A program made the translations under genes and the position numbers. A stretch of 64,000 bases of DNA from a bacterium (GTDB taxonomy: Bacteria > Armatimonadota > Zipacnadia > Zipacnadales > Zipacnadaceae), in assembly GCA_030615605.1 (NCBI GenBank), contig JAUWYY010000011.1, forward strand, positions 3,037 to 67,036. The letters run 5' to 3'. The notes below the pieces were generated by a model. It was given only the letters and a program-made list of their open reading frames with translations. It was not told the origin of the DNA and ran no database searches. Below, in pieces: positions 46,083 through 56,283 of this stretch. Within the stretch, counting starts at the first letter, position 1; the number at the start of each line of letters is the position of its first letter.

Positions 46083-48023
46083 ATGACCAGACTGCAACAA
46101 GCTTTCCTGACAGTAGTAATAGCCTCCGGCCTTGCACTATCCGGGTGGATTGGCTATCAGCGCATAATGGTTGAACAGGCCAACTCGACTGTGGCTGTGG
46201 CCATAGATTACAACGATGTGCTGCGGGCCGCCGCACTTGCCGGCAAGCCCCCGCAAGAAATACTGGCACAGATCAAGGCGACTGGCGCCAGCCATGTGGC
46301 TGTCACCGAGCTGACGCTCAGCGATCTGGTCAAGACCCGGCGCCTGTTCAACACCGCTTCGTCGGCGGTATTTCTGGCCGAGCCGAGCATACCGCCTGCG
46401 GTTCGCAAGCGCATCCAGAAGCAACTCACCGCGAAGCTACCACGACCGGAGGGCACTACCCCGCAGGGCAAACGTTACGACTACTACACCCATCTGCTGC
46501 GCATAGCTCCCCAACTGGAGGAAGTGGGAGTCGGGTATGACGAGGCCGTCGAGGCGGTTCGGGAGGCGGGTCTGTCAATCGTGGCCCGGCCTCAGCCAAA
46601 GTTCGTCCAGGAGCAAGACATCGCCCCGGCCATTGCTGCCGCTGGTGACATCAAAGCAGACATCGTGGTCTTCGCCGGCACACAGGTCCTCGGTTACCAG
46701 AAACAGATTGAGCAGACTGCCGGGGCGCTGCGCCAGTCCGGGCTGAAATTCGGCTACGTGGAACTGGCGCCCCAGGCCGGCGAGCAGACCCTGGCCCATC
46801 ATCTCAATTACAAGTTCATCCGCACCCACTCCATCCCCCAGGCCGAGATGGAACAGATCAGTCCCCAGCGTGCTATTGATCGCTTTAGCCTGGCCGTGAG
46901 TGAACGCAAGGTGAGATTGTGCTATGTCCGCCTGTTTTTCAACCAGGGCAATGCGGTCAAATATAATTTGACCTATCTCGACCAACTTACTGGTCGGCTC
47001 AAGCGAGACGGCTTCACCGTCGGCAGCCCGCAACAGTTCAACTCGGTGCCGATCCCTGACTGGGCCCTGCCCGTGATGTTCGCGGCAATCGCTGCAGCGT
47101 TGATGTGGCTGATGCAAAGCATAGTGGGCCTGCGGCAACTGTGGTTCTGGGTTATCACTGTTATCGTTCTGGCAGCGGCCGGGGCAGCCGGGCTGTCTGG
47201 TCTCGCGATATTTCCCCCGCTCGCCGCTCTGGCTGCCGCGTTGATATTCCCGACCTGGGCGGTGCTGGGTGTCCGGCTGCGCGAGCACTCAGCCCGTCAC
47301 CCCCTGCCGGTGGGACTGTTGACCTTCATCCGCGTCAGTCTGCTGACCGTTGTCGGAGGACTGCTGCTAGCCGCCTGTTTGACTTCGGACGCTTACTTAA
47401 TGAAGATTGCCCTGTTCCGTGGCGTCAAGGTTTCTCAGTTGCTGCCCCTGGTGGTCATCGGCGTCGTGTTTGCCGCCCGCTCGATGCACAGTTACTGGGA
47501 AGTAAGAACCGAGTTGGGCGAGGGTCAGCCCGAACTGCTGGCACTGGTCGCTGGTCTGCGCCAGGCCTTCAGCCAGGTGGTCCGCTATTGGCATGTGGCA
47601 GCAGTCGTCGTAGGGCTGGCCATACTGGCGATTCTGATTATGCGTTCGGGCAACCAGCCCGCCGTGGGAGCTTCGGCGCTGGAGGTGCAAATGCGCGGTC
47701 TGCTGGATCAGTTGTTGGTCGTCCGCCCGCGTAGCAAGGAGGTCTTCTTCGGCCATCCCATAATGCTGTTTACACTTATTCTGGTCGCGGCGGGACTGCG
47801 GCACGGACTGTGGGCGGGCCTGGCAGCCGGCGCCATCGGGCAGGTTTCTATCCTGAACACTTTCTGCCATCTGCATACTCCACTGATGGTATCGCTCATC
47901 CGGGTAGGTCAGGGCTTGTGGCTGGGTATACTCGGCGGGCTGGTATTGTGGCTGGTCATCTACTTACTTGGGATAAGACGATCCCGTCGCCCACCAGATA
48001 GAGCTAGCCCGAAAACGACATAG
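46083..48023 (+). CDS. Large polytopic membrane protein, DUF5693-like (CsaB-associated)
   Basis: 646 aa. It has an N-terminal TM segment, a soluble domain of about 300 aa, then about 10 TM segments. It lies immediately upstream of csaB. The family assignment is from memory only. Confidence 0.55.
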   Translation: MTRLQQAFLTVVIASGLALSGWIGYQRIMVEQANSTVAVAIDYNDVLRAAALAGKPPQEILAQIKATGASHVAVTELTLSDLVKTRRLFNTASSAVFLAEPSIPPAVRKRIQKQLTAKLPRPEGTTPQGKRYDYYTHLLRIAPQLEEVGVGYDEAVEAVREAGLSIVARPQPKFVQEQDIAPAIAAAGDIKADIVVFAGTQVLGYQKQIEQTAGALRQSGLKFGYVELAPQAGEQTLAHHLNYKFIRTHSIPQAEMEQISPQRAIDRFSLAVSERKVRLCYVRLFFNQGNAVKYNLTYLDQLTGRLKRDGFTVGSPQQFNSVPIPDWALPVMFAAIAAALMWLMQSIVGLRQLWFWVITVIVLAAAGAAGLSGLAIFPPLAALAAALIFPTWAVLGVRLREHSARHPLPVGLLTFIRVSLLTVVGGLLLAACLTSDAYLMKIALFRGVKVSQLLPLVVIGVVFAARSMHSYWEVRTELGEGQPELLALVAGLRQAFSQVVRYWHVAAVVVGLAILAILIMRSGNQPAVGASALEVQMRGLLDQLLVVRPRSKEVFFGHPIMLFTLILVAAGLRHGLWAGLAAGAIGQVSILNTFCHLHTPLMVSLIRVGQGLWLGILGGLVLWLVIYLLGIRRSRRPPDRASPKTT

Positions 48024-48072
48024 GGATCTATAGGCAAAGCAGCCGTGCCGCGCCGCCGCCCCAAAAGGCATT

Positions 48073-49179
48073 ATGCATCTGGTGATTTCGGGATACTACG
48101 GCTACGGCAACACCGGCGACGAGGCCATCCTGGCGGCGCTTACCGATGAGCTGCGCCGCCGCTATCCCGGTGTCCATCTCACCGTGTTGTCAGCATCCCC
48201 CGAGGCGACCGCCCGTCAGTACGGGGTGGAGGCGATATCACGCTGGTCGCTGCCCGCCATCTGGCGGGCGCTACGCGGCGCTGACTTGCTCATCTCCGGG
48301 GGCGGCGGACTCATACAGGACGCCACCAGCCGCACATCGCCGCTCTACTACCTGGTGATCCCGCGCCTGGCCCGCCTGGCCGGCACTCCCTATGTGATAT
48401 TCGCCCAGGGACTGGGGCCGCTACGCCACTGGTTTACGCGCTGGGCCACGGCTCGCTGCTTTCGTCGGGCAGTGGCGATAACCGTGCGTGATGAGCCGTC
48501 AGCCCAGCTTCTTTCCCAGCTTGGGGTGACCACTCCACCAGTTGAAGTGACTGCCGATCCTGCATTGCTATTGAAACCGTGCCCGCCTCACCGAACTGAC
48601 GAGTTGCTGCGAGAGCTAGGCCTGTCGGAAGCCGCTCCGCTGATCGGCATTGCCCTGCGCAGTTGGGCGGGATTTGATGTAGTCGAGCCGGCGGCAGCGC
48701 TTATCCGACATCTGCACCAGTCACAAGCGGGGCAGGTGCTGCTGATTCCCTTCCAACCTGAGGAGGATCTAAACCTGGCCTGGCGGGTGGCCAGCGAGGC
48801 CGCAGCGCCGGTCACAATACTCGACCGGCCGCTGGACCCCCGCGGGCTGCTGGGAGTAGTATCACGACTGGATTTGTTAGTTTCAATGCGGCTGCATGGC
48901 CTGATCTTCGCGGCGGCCACCCATGTGCCAACGCTCGCACTATCCTATGATCCCAAGGTAGAAGCCTTCGCCAGCCGCGCCGGCCAGCCGACAATAGAGC
49001 TGGCTGAACTCACCCGCCAACGACTGGTCGAGAAGGTAGAGGAACTTCGGTCGGCACGGGCCCAGCACGTTGATGAGCTGCGGCAGCATGCCGCGCAGTT
49101 GCAGCAAGCCGCAGCCCGGAACTTCGAGGTTCTCGCGAGCCAAGTTGGCGCAGTTCGTGAGCCGAGGTATAATGGATAG
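48073..49179 (+). CDS. csaB: Polysaccharide pyruvyl transferase CsaB
   Basis: It has ISGYYGYGNTGDEAILAA and SGGGGLIQDATS. Confidence 0.8.
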   Translation: MHLVISGYYGYGNTGDEAILAALTDELRRRYPGVHLTVLSASPEATARQYGVEAISRWSLPAIWRALRGADLLISGGGGLIQDATSRTSPLYYLVIPRLARLAGTPYVIFAQGLGPLRHWFTRWATARCFRRAVAITVRDEPSAQLLSQLGVTTPPVEVTADPALLLKPCPPHRTDELLRELGLSEAAPLIGIALRSWAGFDVVEPAAALIRHLHQSQAGQVLLIPFQPEEDLNLAWRVASEAAAPVTILDRPLDPRGLLGVVSRLDLLVSMRLHGLIFAAATHVPTLALSYDPKVEAFASRAGQPTIELAELTRQRLVEKVEELRSARAQHVDELRQHAAQLQQAAARNFEVLASQVGAVREPRYNG

Positions 49180-49207
49180 ACGCTAGAAAACGCCGAACTA
49201 GGAGGCA

Positions 49208-50353
49208 ATGCCAATGAAGTGGCTACTATGTGCGCTATGTTTCCTGTCCTGCGTAGGTGCTGTATCTGGCGAGGCTGTGCAGGTTACTGACGAGGGGCGG
49301 ACCACCGAAGCAGCTTTCTCTCCGGACGGCTCCCAAGTAGCTTACGTCCGGGTTGAAAAGCATTTCACGCCTGAAGGGCGGTACTATTTCAGCGGCTGCC
49401 TGTACATATGGGACGGCCAGGACAGCCGCATCCTCGCCAACCTGCCTGCCGGCGAGCCCACAGTCGGCGACCCATCTCCTGAGAGCGGACCAGCAGGCAT
49501 CCCTGCTTGGCTACCGAGCGGCGACTACATAGTGCTAGCACATGGGCGAGGAAGTACATTGTTTCGGATCGCAGACGGTGCACGTACCCGTGTAGGCAGG
49601 TATGAAGACTGGTTTGTCATGGACGACGCTTGGGACCTGTCCAAGGACGACGCGGCGACCCTCAATCATCTCGTACATGGCGGCACAGCCCACCGCTTGC
49701 GGATTCAGCGCGGCAAGATGATACGTCGCGAGGACCTTCCACCATGCGTACCGCACGAAAGTGAGAACTGGTCATACGAAAATTTCTGGCGGTCTCCCGC
49801 CGACCCCAACCAGGCTGTGTATGTCGCGGCTGACAAACACTTCCAAGGCTGCTGCTGTACTTCGGGGCGCCAGAGACACTATATAGGAGTGGTAGACCTG
49901 CGTAACGGCCAGAGACGTCGGCTCACACGGGGGACAAGCTACCAGGTTGCCTGGTGGGCATGTTGGGCGCCCGACGGGCGCAGAATTGCCTATCTACGCA
50001 CCAGCTTCCACGACATCGACACCCCCGTCACCTGGTCGAAACTACACGTCATCTGTCCTGACGGCACCGGTGACCGTGCCCTGATCGACGACGTTCGTCA
50101 GACGTACTGGGGTTCGCCGACGCGGCTCGTGGCGGCCACCGGTCCGCCGCTTATGGTCAGAGCGACGCCGCGCTCCCAGCCGCTGCACCTCAGCGAGGTG
50201 GACGTAGTAACGGGGGCGGTCTGGCGCCTGACCAAGGGCCACTTCTATCACGAATTGTGTGACGTTCACGACCGCAACTACCTCGTACTGCAAAGGCCAG
50301 TGGGCGGCAGCGAGTTCCAGGGCAACCTGTGGATCTTTCGACCCGAACTCTAG
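49208..50353 (+). CDS. Secreted TolB-like beta-propeller protein (PD40-type repeats)
   Basis: A signal peptide MKWLLCALCFLSCVGAVSG is present. PD40-like strings include FSPDGSQVAYVR and WAPDGRRIAYLR. Confidence 0.55.
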   Translation: MPMKWLLCALCFLSCVGAVSGEAVQVTDEGRTTEAAFSPDGSQVAYVRVEKHFTPEGRYYFSGCLYIWDGQDSRILANLPAGEPTVGDPSPESGPAGIPAWLPSGDYIVLAHGRGSTLFRIADGARTRVGRYEDWFVMDDAWDLSKDDAATLNHLVHGGTAHRLRIQRGKMIRREDLPPCVPHESENWSYENFWRSPADPNQAVYVAADKHFQGCCCTSGRQRHYIGVVDLRNGQRRRLTRGTSYQVAWWACWAPDGRRIAYLRTSFHDIDTPVTWSKLHVICPDGTGDRALIDDVRQTYWGSPTRLVAATGPPLMVRATPRSQPLHLSEVDVVTGAVWRLTKGHFYHELCDVHDRNYLVLQRPVGGSEFQGNLWIFRPEL

Positions 50354-50404
50354 GCAGCCCGAGCTGTCTGCGACACGTACAGCCCTGCGGTCACCAGAGC
50401 AAGG

Positions 50405-50974
50405 CTAGGACTGAGGATTCTCAGGGGTAACGCCCAGTTCAGTGATATCGAAAAGAGCCGTCAGCTTGAAACCTTCGGCGGCCAGGTTCTCGCGGGCCCC
50501 CTGCAGGCGGTCAACCATCGTTATCACGCACACCACCTGGGCAGCGCACTCGCGCTGAAGCGCCTCAATTGCCCGCAGTGTCGAGCCGCCGGTGGTAATG
50601 ACATCTTCCAGCACTGCTACGCGTACTCCTTGCTCCAGAGGCCCTTCTACCTGCTGCCGCGTACCCCGCTCCTTGGGCTGTTTGCGCACGATAAAGGCAT
50701 CCAGGTCGCGACCGCGGGTAGCGGCCAGAGCAACGACGGCACCGGCTATGGGATCAGCGCCAATGGCCATGCCGCCGACCGCCTCTACCTCCGGGGGCAA
50801 ATGCTCCAGTATCTGGCTAGCCAGCAGGTGAAGGCCCTCCCCAGCTAAAGAAATCTGCTTACCGTCAATGTAGTAGCTGCTCTTCTGGCCAGAGGCCAGT
50901 GTGAATTCGCCGAAGCGAAGCGCTCGGTCTTTGATAAGTTGAGCCAGCCTGCGACGATCTTCTTCACAAGTCAC
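50405..50974 (-). CDS. pyrE: Orotate phosphoribosyltransferase
   Basis: It has GEFTLASGQKSSYYID and the PRPP loop VAVLEDVITTGGS. Confidence 0.9.
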   Translation of the reverse strand: MTCEEDRRRLAQLIKDRALRFGEFTLASGQKSSYYIDGKQISLAGEGLHLLASQILEHLPPEVEAVGGMAIGADPIAGAVVALAATRGRDLDAFIVRKQPKERGTRQQVEGPLEQGVRVAVLEDVITTGGSTLRAIEALQRECAAQVVCVITMVDRLQGARENLAAEGFKLTALFDITELGVTPENPQS

Positions 50975-50983
50975 GTTAAGTCG

Positions 50984-52732
50984 TTATTCCTCCTGAGGCT
51001 GATGTGACTCTTTGTCCAGCGGTATCGGCTGCTGGGGCAGTTGGCCGGTGGCGCGGACCGTTATCATCTGTTGGATGAGCAGCGGTGCTTGTGGACTGGT
51101 CAGCGCCGTGAACATGTCTTGCCACGTCAGGGGTGCCTGCTGTGCCGGTCCCGCAGGAGTCCCGCCAATCACACCCAGTTCGCGCAAAAACCGCACAGCC
51201 AGCAGAATCCGTGCCTCCTTCCCGCCCTCCCACGACGTCCGTCGCATCCTATCGGTGATTTCTATCCCTAAGCTACGAAAGCGAGGGTAAGCCGGCGAGC
51301 TCTGGGGGACGCCGTACCTCTCCAATAGTTTGTTTAGCTCCCATACACGGATGCGGCGGTACTGCTCCACATCCGTAATCTGGAAAAAGCGCAGCCGCTC
51401 GAAAACGTCCACGACCGTGTGCATCTCGGCCAGCACCCGCATCTGCTCGCGAGCCAGACGCTCGGTATCGGCAGCCAAGATGTCCATCGGAGGCTGCCAA
51501 TCAATTAGCTGATTCTGTCCGGGCAGTAGTATTCTCTGGACTTGCTCGAGTTGCTGCGCAATCTGTTGCCTGGCCTGTTGTTGCTGCTGCTCCAGGTTGA
51601 TCTGGAACTGTTGCCATTCCGGCGGCACCTGCCCCCCGGCCAGCAGCAAATCGCGAACCTGTATCAATATGCTGTTGAAGGATTGATCCTGACTGGCCGC
51701 TGGTTCTCGAATAGGTTGAAGAATCAAGTCAATCCGCTGAATCACCGGTGCAATAGCTGATAGCTGCTGCACGGGGATCTGTAGATAGTCCAGCAGATCG
51801 ATAAGATCCATAACGTCGGCGGCCTGAGAGACCAGGCAATCCTCTAGGCGGCGCGAGTCTGTGGGAAGCGGTTCGATGGTGGCCAGCGCCGCCGCCCGCT
51901 GCAGCAGCGGTAGCGTGTAATGGCTGGCCACGAAGTCAAGTAACTGCTGGTAGGAGATCGGGAGCTGTGATGAGGGAGCAGGCAGTTGCAGGTGCTGCGC
52001 CACCTGTTCGCCCAGAGCAGGATATTGCTGAATGTACTGCGCCTGGGACTGACCGTAGACCGAGTCGGTAAGCTGCAGAACCTGATCGGTTACTTGCTCG
52101 AAGGGAGGCGAGTTGGGCGGAACAATCTTGGCCGCAACCCGCTGCGCCTCGGGGATCCTGATCAGCGCATACTCATCGGGCATCAGATCGCGCTGGGTGT
52201 CAATTACGCTAACGATATACTCAGAGAGGCTGCCGGCACCCTCGAGAAGTAAGGCTCTCTGTGCCTGGCTCTCAGCGAGTCCGGGGGGCGCAATGAGCTG
52301 GCGTTGCTGTGCGGTCAGGTATGAGCCAAACTGAGCGGCGGAACTTGCCAGCGAGCCATAGAACGCATCACGCTGCTTGCCAAAATTAGTTATGCCGGCG
52401 TGGGCATTTTGCCTAACTTCCGCCGAGGCTGGTTGCCCCGCAATCTGCGCTGATATTGCCTGCTGAATCACTTCGCCGTACTGATTCCACGCCTCGTCAG
52501 CGCTGGATAGCAGCGCGTCGCGTTTTTCTCCAATCCCCTTGAGCAGCGGAGTCAACTGTGCTATCTGCTCGGAGGTCAACTGCAGCGTGCTGGCCACCTG
52601 CAGCACGGTCACCTGCTCGTAGAGCTGTTCCGCGGAGAACTCAGGTGAATCCGCCGCCGGATCAGCGCCAGCGATAGTCAGCGGAAGCATCACTACGAAC
52701 GCTGTCAGCAGCATAACAGTTCGTTTGAACAT
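50984..52732 (-). CDS. Secreted Gln-rich all-helical hypothetical protein
   Basis: The ATG at 52730-52732 follows AGGTGG and gives a signal peptide MFKRTVMLLTAFVVMLPLTIAGA. The protein has Q-rich runs (LEQQQQQARQQIAQQLEQ). I recognise no family. Confidence 0.5.
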   Translation of the reverse strand: MFKRTVMLLTAFVVMLPLTIAGADPAADSPEFSAEQLYEQVTVLQVASTLQLTSEQIAQLTPLLKGIGEKRDALLSSADEAWNQYGEVIQQAISAQIAGQPASAEVRQNAHAGITNFGKQRDAFYGSLASSAAQFGSYLTAQQRQLIAPPGLAESQAQRALLLEGAGSLSEYIVSVIDTQRDLMPDEYALIRIPEAQRVAAKIVPPNSPPFEQVTDQVLQLTDSVYGQSQAQYIQQYPALGEQVAQHLQLPAPSSQLPISYQQLLDFVASHYTLPLLQRAAALATIEPLPTDSRRLEDCLVSQAADVMDLIDLLDYLQIPVQQLSAIAPVIQRIDLILQPIREPAASQDQSFNSILIQVRDLLLAGGQVPPEWQQFQINLEQQQQQARQQIAQQLEQVQRILLPGQNQLIDWQPPMDILAADTERLAREQMRVLAEMHTVVDVFERLRFFQITDVEQYRRIRVWELNKLLERYGVPQSSPAYPRFRSLGIEITDRMRRTSWEGGKEARILLAVRFLRELGVIGGTPAGPAQQAPLTWQDMFTALTSPQAPLLIQQMITVRATGQLPQQPIPLDKESHQPQEE

Positions 52733-52855
52733 GAAACCCACCACCTGGTATTTCGGCTAATTAGTAACGTCTCCACGATATTGTTTCGCCGTCGGAGACG
52801 ATTCCTCCTGCCTCCAACAACCCGGGCAAGGCCGGCAACTGCCTGCGGTCAGAAG

Positions 52856-54238
52856 TCAGGTCTCCAGCCCGAGATGTTCCATAGCCTCGCCCGCTACGCA
52901 TAACGATCCAGTGATGCAAATCGCTTCTCGCTCAGTGGTGACTTTCCCAGCTAGTTCAACTGCTTCGCTCACGGCTGGCGCCACTGAGATGGGACCGGCA
53001 AATTGCTGACGAACCATTGCTGCCAGATGTTCAGCAGCCAGGGCCCGGGGATTGTCGGCTTGGGTAGCAATCACCCGGTCGGCGGCCGGACAGAGAATGC
53101 CCAGGATCTGTTTGACATCCTTATCGGCGGGTATTCCCACAACCAGAGTGAGTCCGTCATATTTCAGATGCCGGCGCAGAGCAGAGGTCAGTGCGCGTAC
53201 CGAGGCCGGATTGTGCGCGCAATCTATAATCAACCAGGGTCGTGCTGCTGCCACCTGGAACCGTGCCGGCCATTGCAGTTGAGCCAGGGCTGTCTGGAAT
53301 TGCCGGCAGCTAACTGCAAATCCGTCATCAGCCAGGGCCTTCAACGCCGCGTAAGCGGTCGCGGCATTGTCGGCTTGATGGCGGCCGGCCAGAGTGCACT
53401 GTACCTCCAGCGGGCCTGTGTCAGTTGCTAGAACGAATCTTTCGGTGGGCGGCTTGAAGTCATCATTTGCATCGGGCACCGGCCGCGAGCTTACCCGGCC
53501 AAACTCGGCGACATCGGGTGTGACCACCAGGGGCGCACCGACTTGTGCCGCCCGCTCAGCAAGCACGTCATATACTTCGCGAGTCTGGCGAGCGATAACC
53601 ACGGATATGCCCGGCTTGATTATCCCGGCCTTCTCACCGGCGATCTCCTGGACAGTGTTGCCCAGGATGTGAGTGTGGTCCAGGTCAATGCTGGTGATCA
53701 CGGCGACAATCGGGGTAATAACGTTAGTCGCGTCGAGCCGCCCGCCCAGCCCGGTTTCGATCAGTGCAACATCCACTGCCGCATCAGCAAAAGCCTGGAA
53801 AGCCAGAGCAGTATAGACTTCGAAAAACGTGGGCCGGCGCAGATCATCGCCCCACTGGAGTCCGGCAATAGCCTGGCGCAGTCTCTCGGTGACGCTGATC
53901 AAGTCGGCAGGCGATATCTTTTGGCCGGCAATACGCACCCGCTCGCGCACGGTTACCAGGTGGGGGGAGGTGTACAGGCCGGTGGCATAGCCGGCCTCGC
54001 GCAGCGCTGCTTCCATCATCGCTGCGACTGAGCCTTTGCCCTTGGTGCCGGCAATATGGATGGCCGGCCAGTGCTGCTGAGGATTGCCCAGAGCGGCCAG
54101 CAGGCTAGTTATTACATCCAGGCGCACTGCTTCGGCGAAATCGTGGTGGAAGCCGCGCTGCTCGTAGTCAATAAATGACTCCAGAAAATCGCAGCCGACG
54201 TCATAGCTGGTTATGGGCTGATCAAACGTTGTGGTCAC
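52856..54238 (-). CDS. folC: Folylpolyglutamate synthase / dihydrofolate synthase
   Basis: It has the Mur-ligase P-loop HIAGTKGKGS and the FolC-like segment GLYTSPHLV..RERV. Confidence 0.85.
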   Translation of the reverse strand: MTTTFDQPITSYDVGCDFLESFIDYEQRGFHHDFAEAVRLDVITSLLAALGNPQQHWPAIHIAGTKGKGSVAAMMEAALREAGYATGLYTSPHLVTVRERVRIAGQKISPADLISVTERLRQAIAGLQWGDDLRRPTFFEVYTALAFQAFADAAVDVALIETGLGGRLDATNVITPIVAVITSIDLDHTHILGNTVQEIAGEKAGIIKPGISVVIARQTREVYDVLAERAAQVGAPLVVTPDVAEFGRVSSRPVPDANDDFKPPTERFVLATDTGPLEVQCTLAGRHQADNAATAYAALKALADDGFAVSCRQFQTALAQLQWPARFQVAAARPWLIIDCAHNPASVRALTSALRRHLKYDGLTLVVGIPADKDVKQILGILCPAADRVIATQADNPRALAAEHLAAMVRQQFAGPISVAPAVSEAVELAGKVTTEREAICITGSLCVAGEAMEHLGLET

Positions 54239-54447
54239 TGTTCATTCGCCTGAGGTAACGTCAGAATGCCAGCCGCGCAGCCGTGAACGAGGCAGTTTCG
54301 CACAGTAATCCGATGCACACACTTTCTGGCGGCGAGCCGGCACGGAATGACGATAGCCAGCGAACGGCCGCCTCCACTACCGGAGGCGGCCTGAGCTTTG
54401 TCACATCGAATCTGGCGAGGTTTGGGCAGCCTCGGTTAGGGTGAGCC

Positions 54448-55170
54448 TCATTCTAATAACAGGGGAGGATGAAGACTGCCGAACTGGCTCGCCGGAATCG
54501 ACTTGGCGTGACCATCCCAGAAAACTATGTTGGAGATTGTGCCTCCAGCGTGGGGCGTCTCGTAGTCGGCCGGATTGGTGCTGGGATCTGGTGTAAGACC
54601 ATTGTCAATCATCAGGCACTGTTCGGTGGGATTTCTGCTCAAGAAATCCCCGCCGTAGGCCCCAAGCGTCGGGCATATCGGGTCTTGAGTGTAGGTGCCG
54701 CTCCCGGAATCGTACCAGCTATACCACTGGACGCAATACGAATAACTGACAATGCCATCAGCCTCGTCCACGTCTCCGTCCCCGTCCAGATCCACAGCCT
54801 CCGATCTGTACTCTTCCCACGGATCAGCGGAGCAACGCCACAATTGCGTACTCTTGATGTGGGGATTCAGCTTGTGTACCAGTGCCGCCATCTGCTCTTG
54901 CGTGAATGTGCTGGGGACGTTGTAGGACGTGTGCCACCCGTAAGTCGCATTGTACACATTGGGGAGCATATCATTGCAGTCACTTGCGTACATCTGAAAG
55001 GCCATGCCAATCTGTCTGAGGTTGGACAGGCACTGAGTCTGATGGGCCTTCTCGCGGGCCTTGGCAAAAACGGGAAAGAGGATAGCTGCCAGTATGGCAA
55101 TGATGGCAATGACCACCAGCAGCTCAATTAGAGTGAATCCGTACTTGCCCTTTGTCTTATGCTGAATCAT
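54448..55170 (-). CDS. Prepilin-type N-terminal cleavage/methylation domain protein with DUF1559-like H-X9-DG C-terminus
   Basis: The N-terminus is [32 protein letters not shown] and the C-terminus is [17 protein letters not shown]. The ATG at 55168-55170 is preceded by AAAGGGGGA. Confidence 0.8.
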   Translation of the reverse strand: MIQHKTKGKYGFTLIELLVVIAIIAILAAILFPVFAKAREKAHQTQCLSNLRQIGMAFQMYASDCNDMLPNVYNATYGWHTSYNVPSTFTQEQMAALVHKLNPHIKSTQLWRCSADPWEEYRSEAVDLDGDGDVDEADGIVSYSYCVQWYSWYDSGSGTYTQDPICPTLGAYGGDFLSRNPTEQCLMIDNGLTPDPSTNPADYETPHAGGTISNIVFWDGHAKSIPASQFGSLHPPLLLE

Positions 55171-55335
55171 TGCTGGTCCCCCTTTGTCGCCACTTTTGTC
55201 AAAACTAATTCTACCCACCTGTCCGGATAACTACACATAGTTCCGTGGGGATATTCCGCGTCGGAGAGCAACTCGCCTCCTCTCCATGTCAATTGAGTTG
55301 GCAGGCTCCGCGCTTTTTCCGCCAATCCTAAGAGC

Positions 55336-55364
55336 AAAAAGCCGGGCTACTCACATAGCCCGGC
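55336..55364 (-). terminator. Rho-independent terminator after the PEP-CTERM gene
   Basis: The minus strand reads GCCGGGCTA-tgtgag-TAGCCCGGC, a 9-bp stem. TTTTT follows directly. Confidence 0.75.
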
Positions 55365-55401
55365 CGACGACATCCCCATATTCATCTGGTCGCGGGCCTG
55401 T

Positions 55402-55974
55402 TCACGTCACCCGACGCCGCAATCGGGCGGCCAGACCCAGCACCCCCAGGCCGAGTAGAGCGATGGTGCCTGGTTCCGGCGTGATAGCGTTCCACACCTC
55501 GTCCCCGTCTCCGTACGAGGTCCATCCCTCCCCGCCGCCGGTGGGGTTAAACCAATGATTCGAATAAGCATCATCGTTGCCGGAAGGGTCAAACAGCAAC
55601 GGGCCGGGATGATTCACCAGGTCCATGTTGTCATCCGCATCGCTGAAGTAGAAGCTTATATCAGTAGCAGTGTCACCGCCGGGCCGAGTCCATTTCAGAT
55701 AAGTTAATTGGGACCACGGGTCGGTGCCCTTTGTTCCAAAGGTGGGAGCGCCCCATCCCGCATTATTTCCGATGCTGGCAAGATAGCTATACTGCATGTT
55801 AGGATCCATGTACACGTAGAACGTCCCCAACTCTGCGCTACCGGTCATAGTCACGTGGTAGTTCCATGTGTCGGTGGCTGCGCTGTAGCTGGGGTCCACG
55901 CTAACGGTGGCGAACGCCCCTGTAGCAAACAGGAGACAACATATCACGGTCAATACTGCCGCACATCTCGACAT
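55402..55974 (-). CDS. PEP-CTERM sorting-domain secreted protein
   Basis: A signal peptide MSRCAAVLTVICCLLFATGAFA is present. The C-terminal ITPEPGTIALLGLGVLGLAARLRRR is PEP + TM + basic tail. Confidence 0.75.
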   Translation of the reverse strand: MSRCAAVLTVICCLLFATGAFATVSVDPSYSAATDTWNYHVTMTGSAELGTFYVYMDPNMQYSYLASIGNNAGWGAPTFGTKGTDPWSQLTYLKWTRPGGDTATDISFYFSDADDNMDLVNHPGPLLFDPSGNDDAYSNHWFNPTGGGEGWTSYGDGDEVWNAITPEPGTIALLGLGVLGLAARLRRRVT

Positions 55975-56040
55975 GGCGAACTCCCTCCCATATCGGAGTA
56001 GGGCTGGGCTTACCTATTGGCAATCCTACAATCCTTACTT

Positions 56041-56069
56041 AGTATATCACAAGCAACCTTTCCTGTCAA
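56041..56069 (-). promoter_or_regulatory. Sigma70-type promoter for the PEP-CTERM gene (TTGACA-17 nt-TATACT)
   Basis: The minus strand reads TTGACAggaaaggttgcttgtgaTATACT. It lies about 65 nt upstream of the ATG. Confidence 0.6.
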
Positions 56070-56283
56070 GGACTTATTGAAGTATTATTGCTGGTCTCTG
56101 AGAAAGCACTCAATGACTTGATACACCGCTCGGGCAATCAGCACTATTCACTTCTGCCGAGGCCCTGCTATGACGTTTTGGGGCACTGGGGGGAGGGAAT
56201 ATTGGCCCGATCGAGAACCAGCATTGTACTTAGGCGTGAGTGCCGTTCCGAGCCACAGACAATACCGTTCGACAGGTCCAGCC

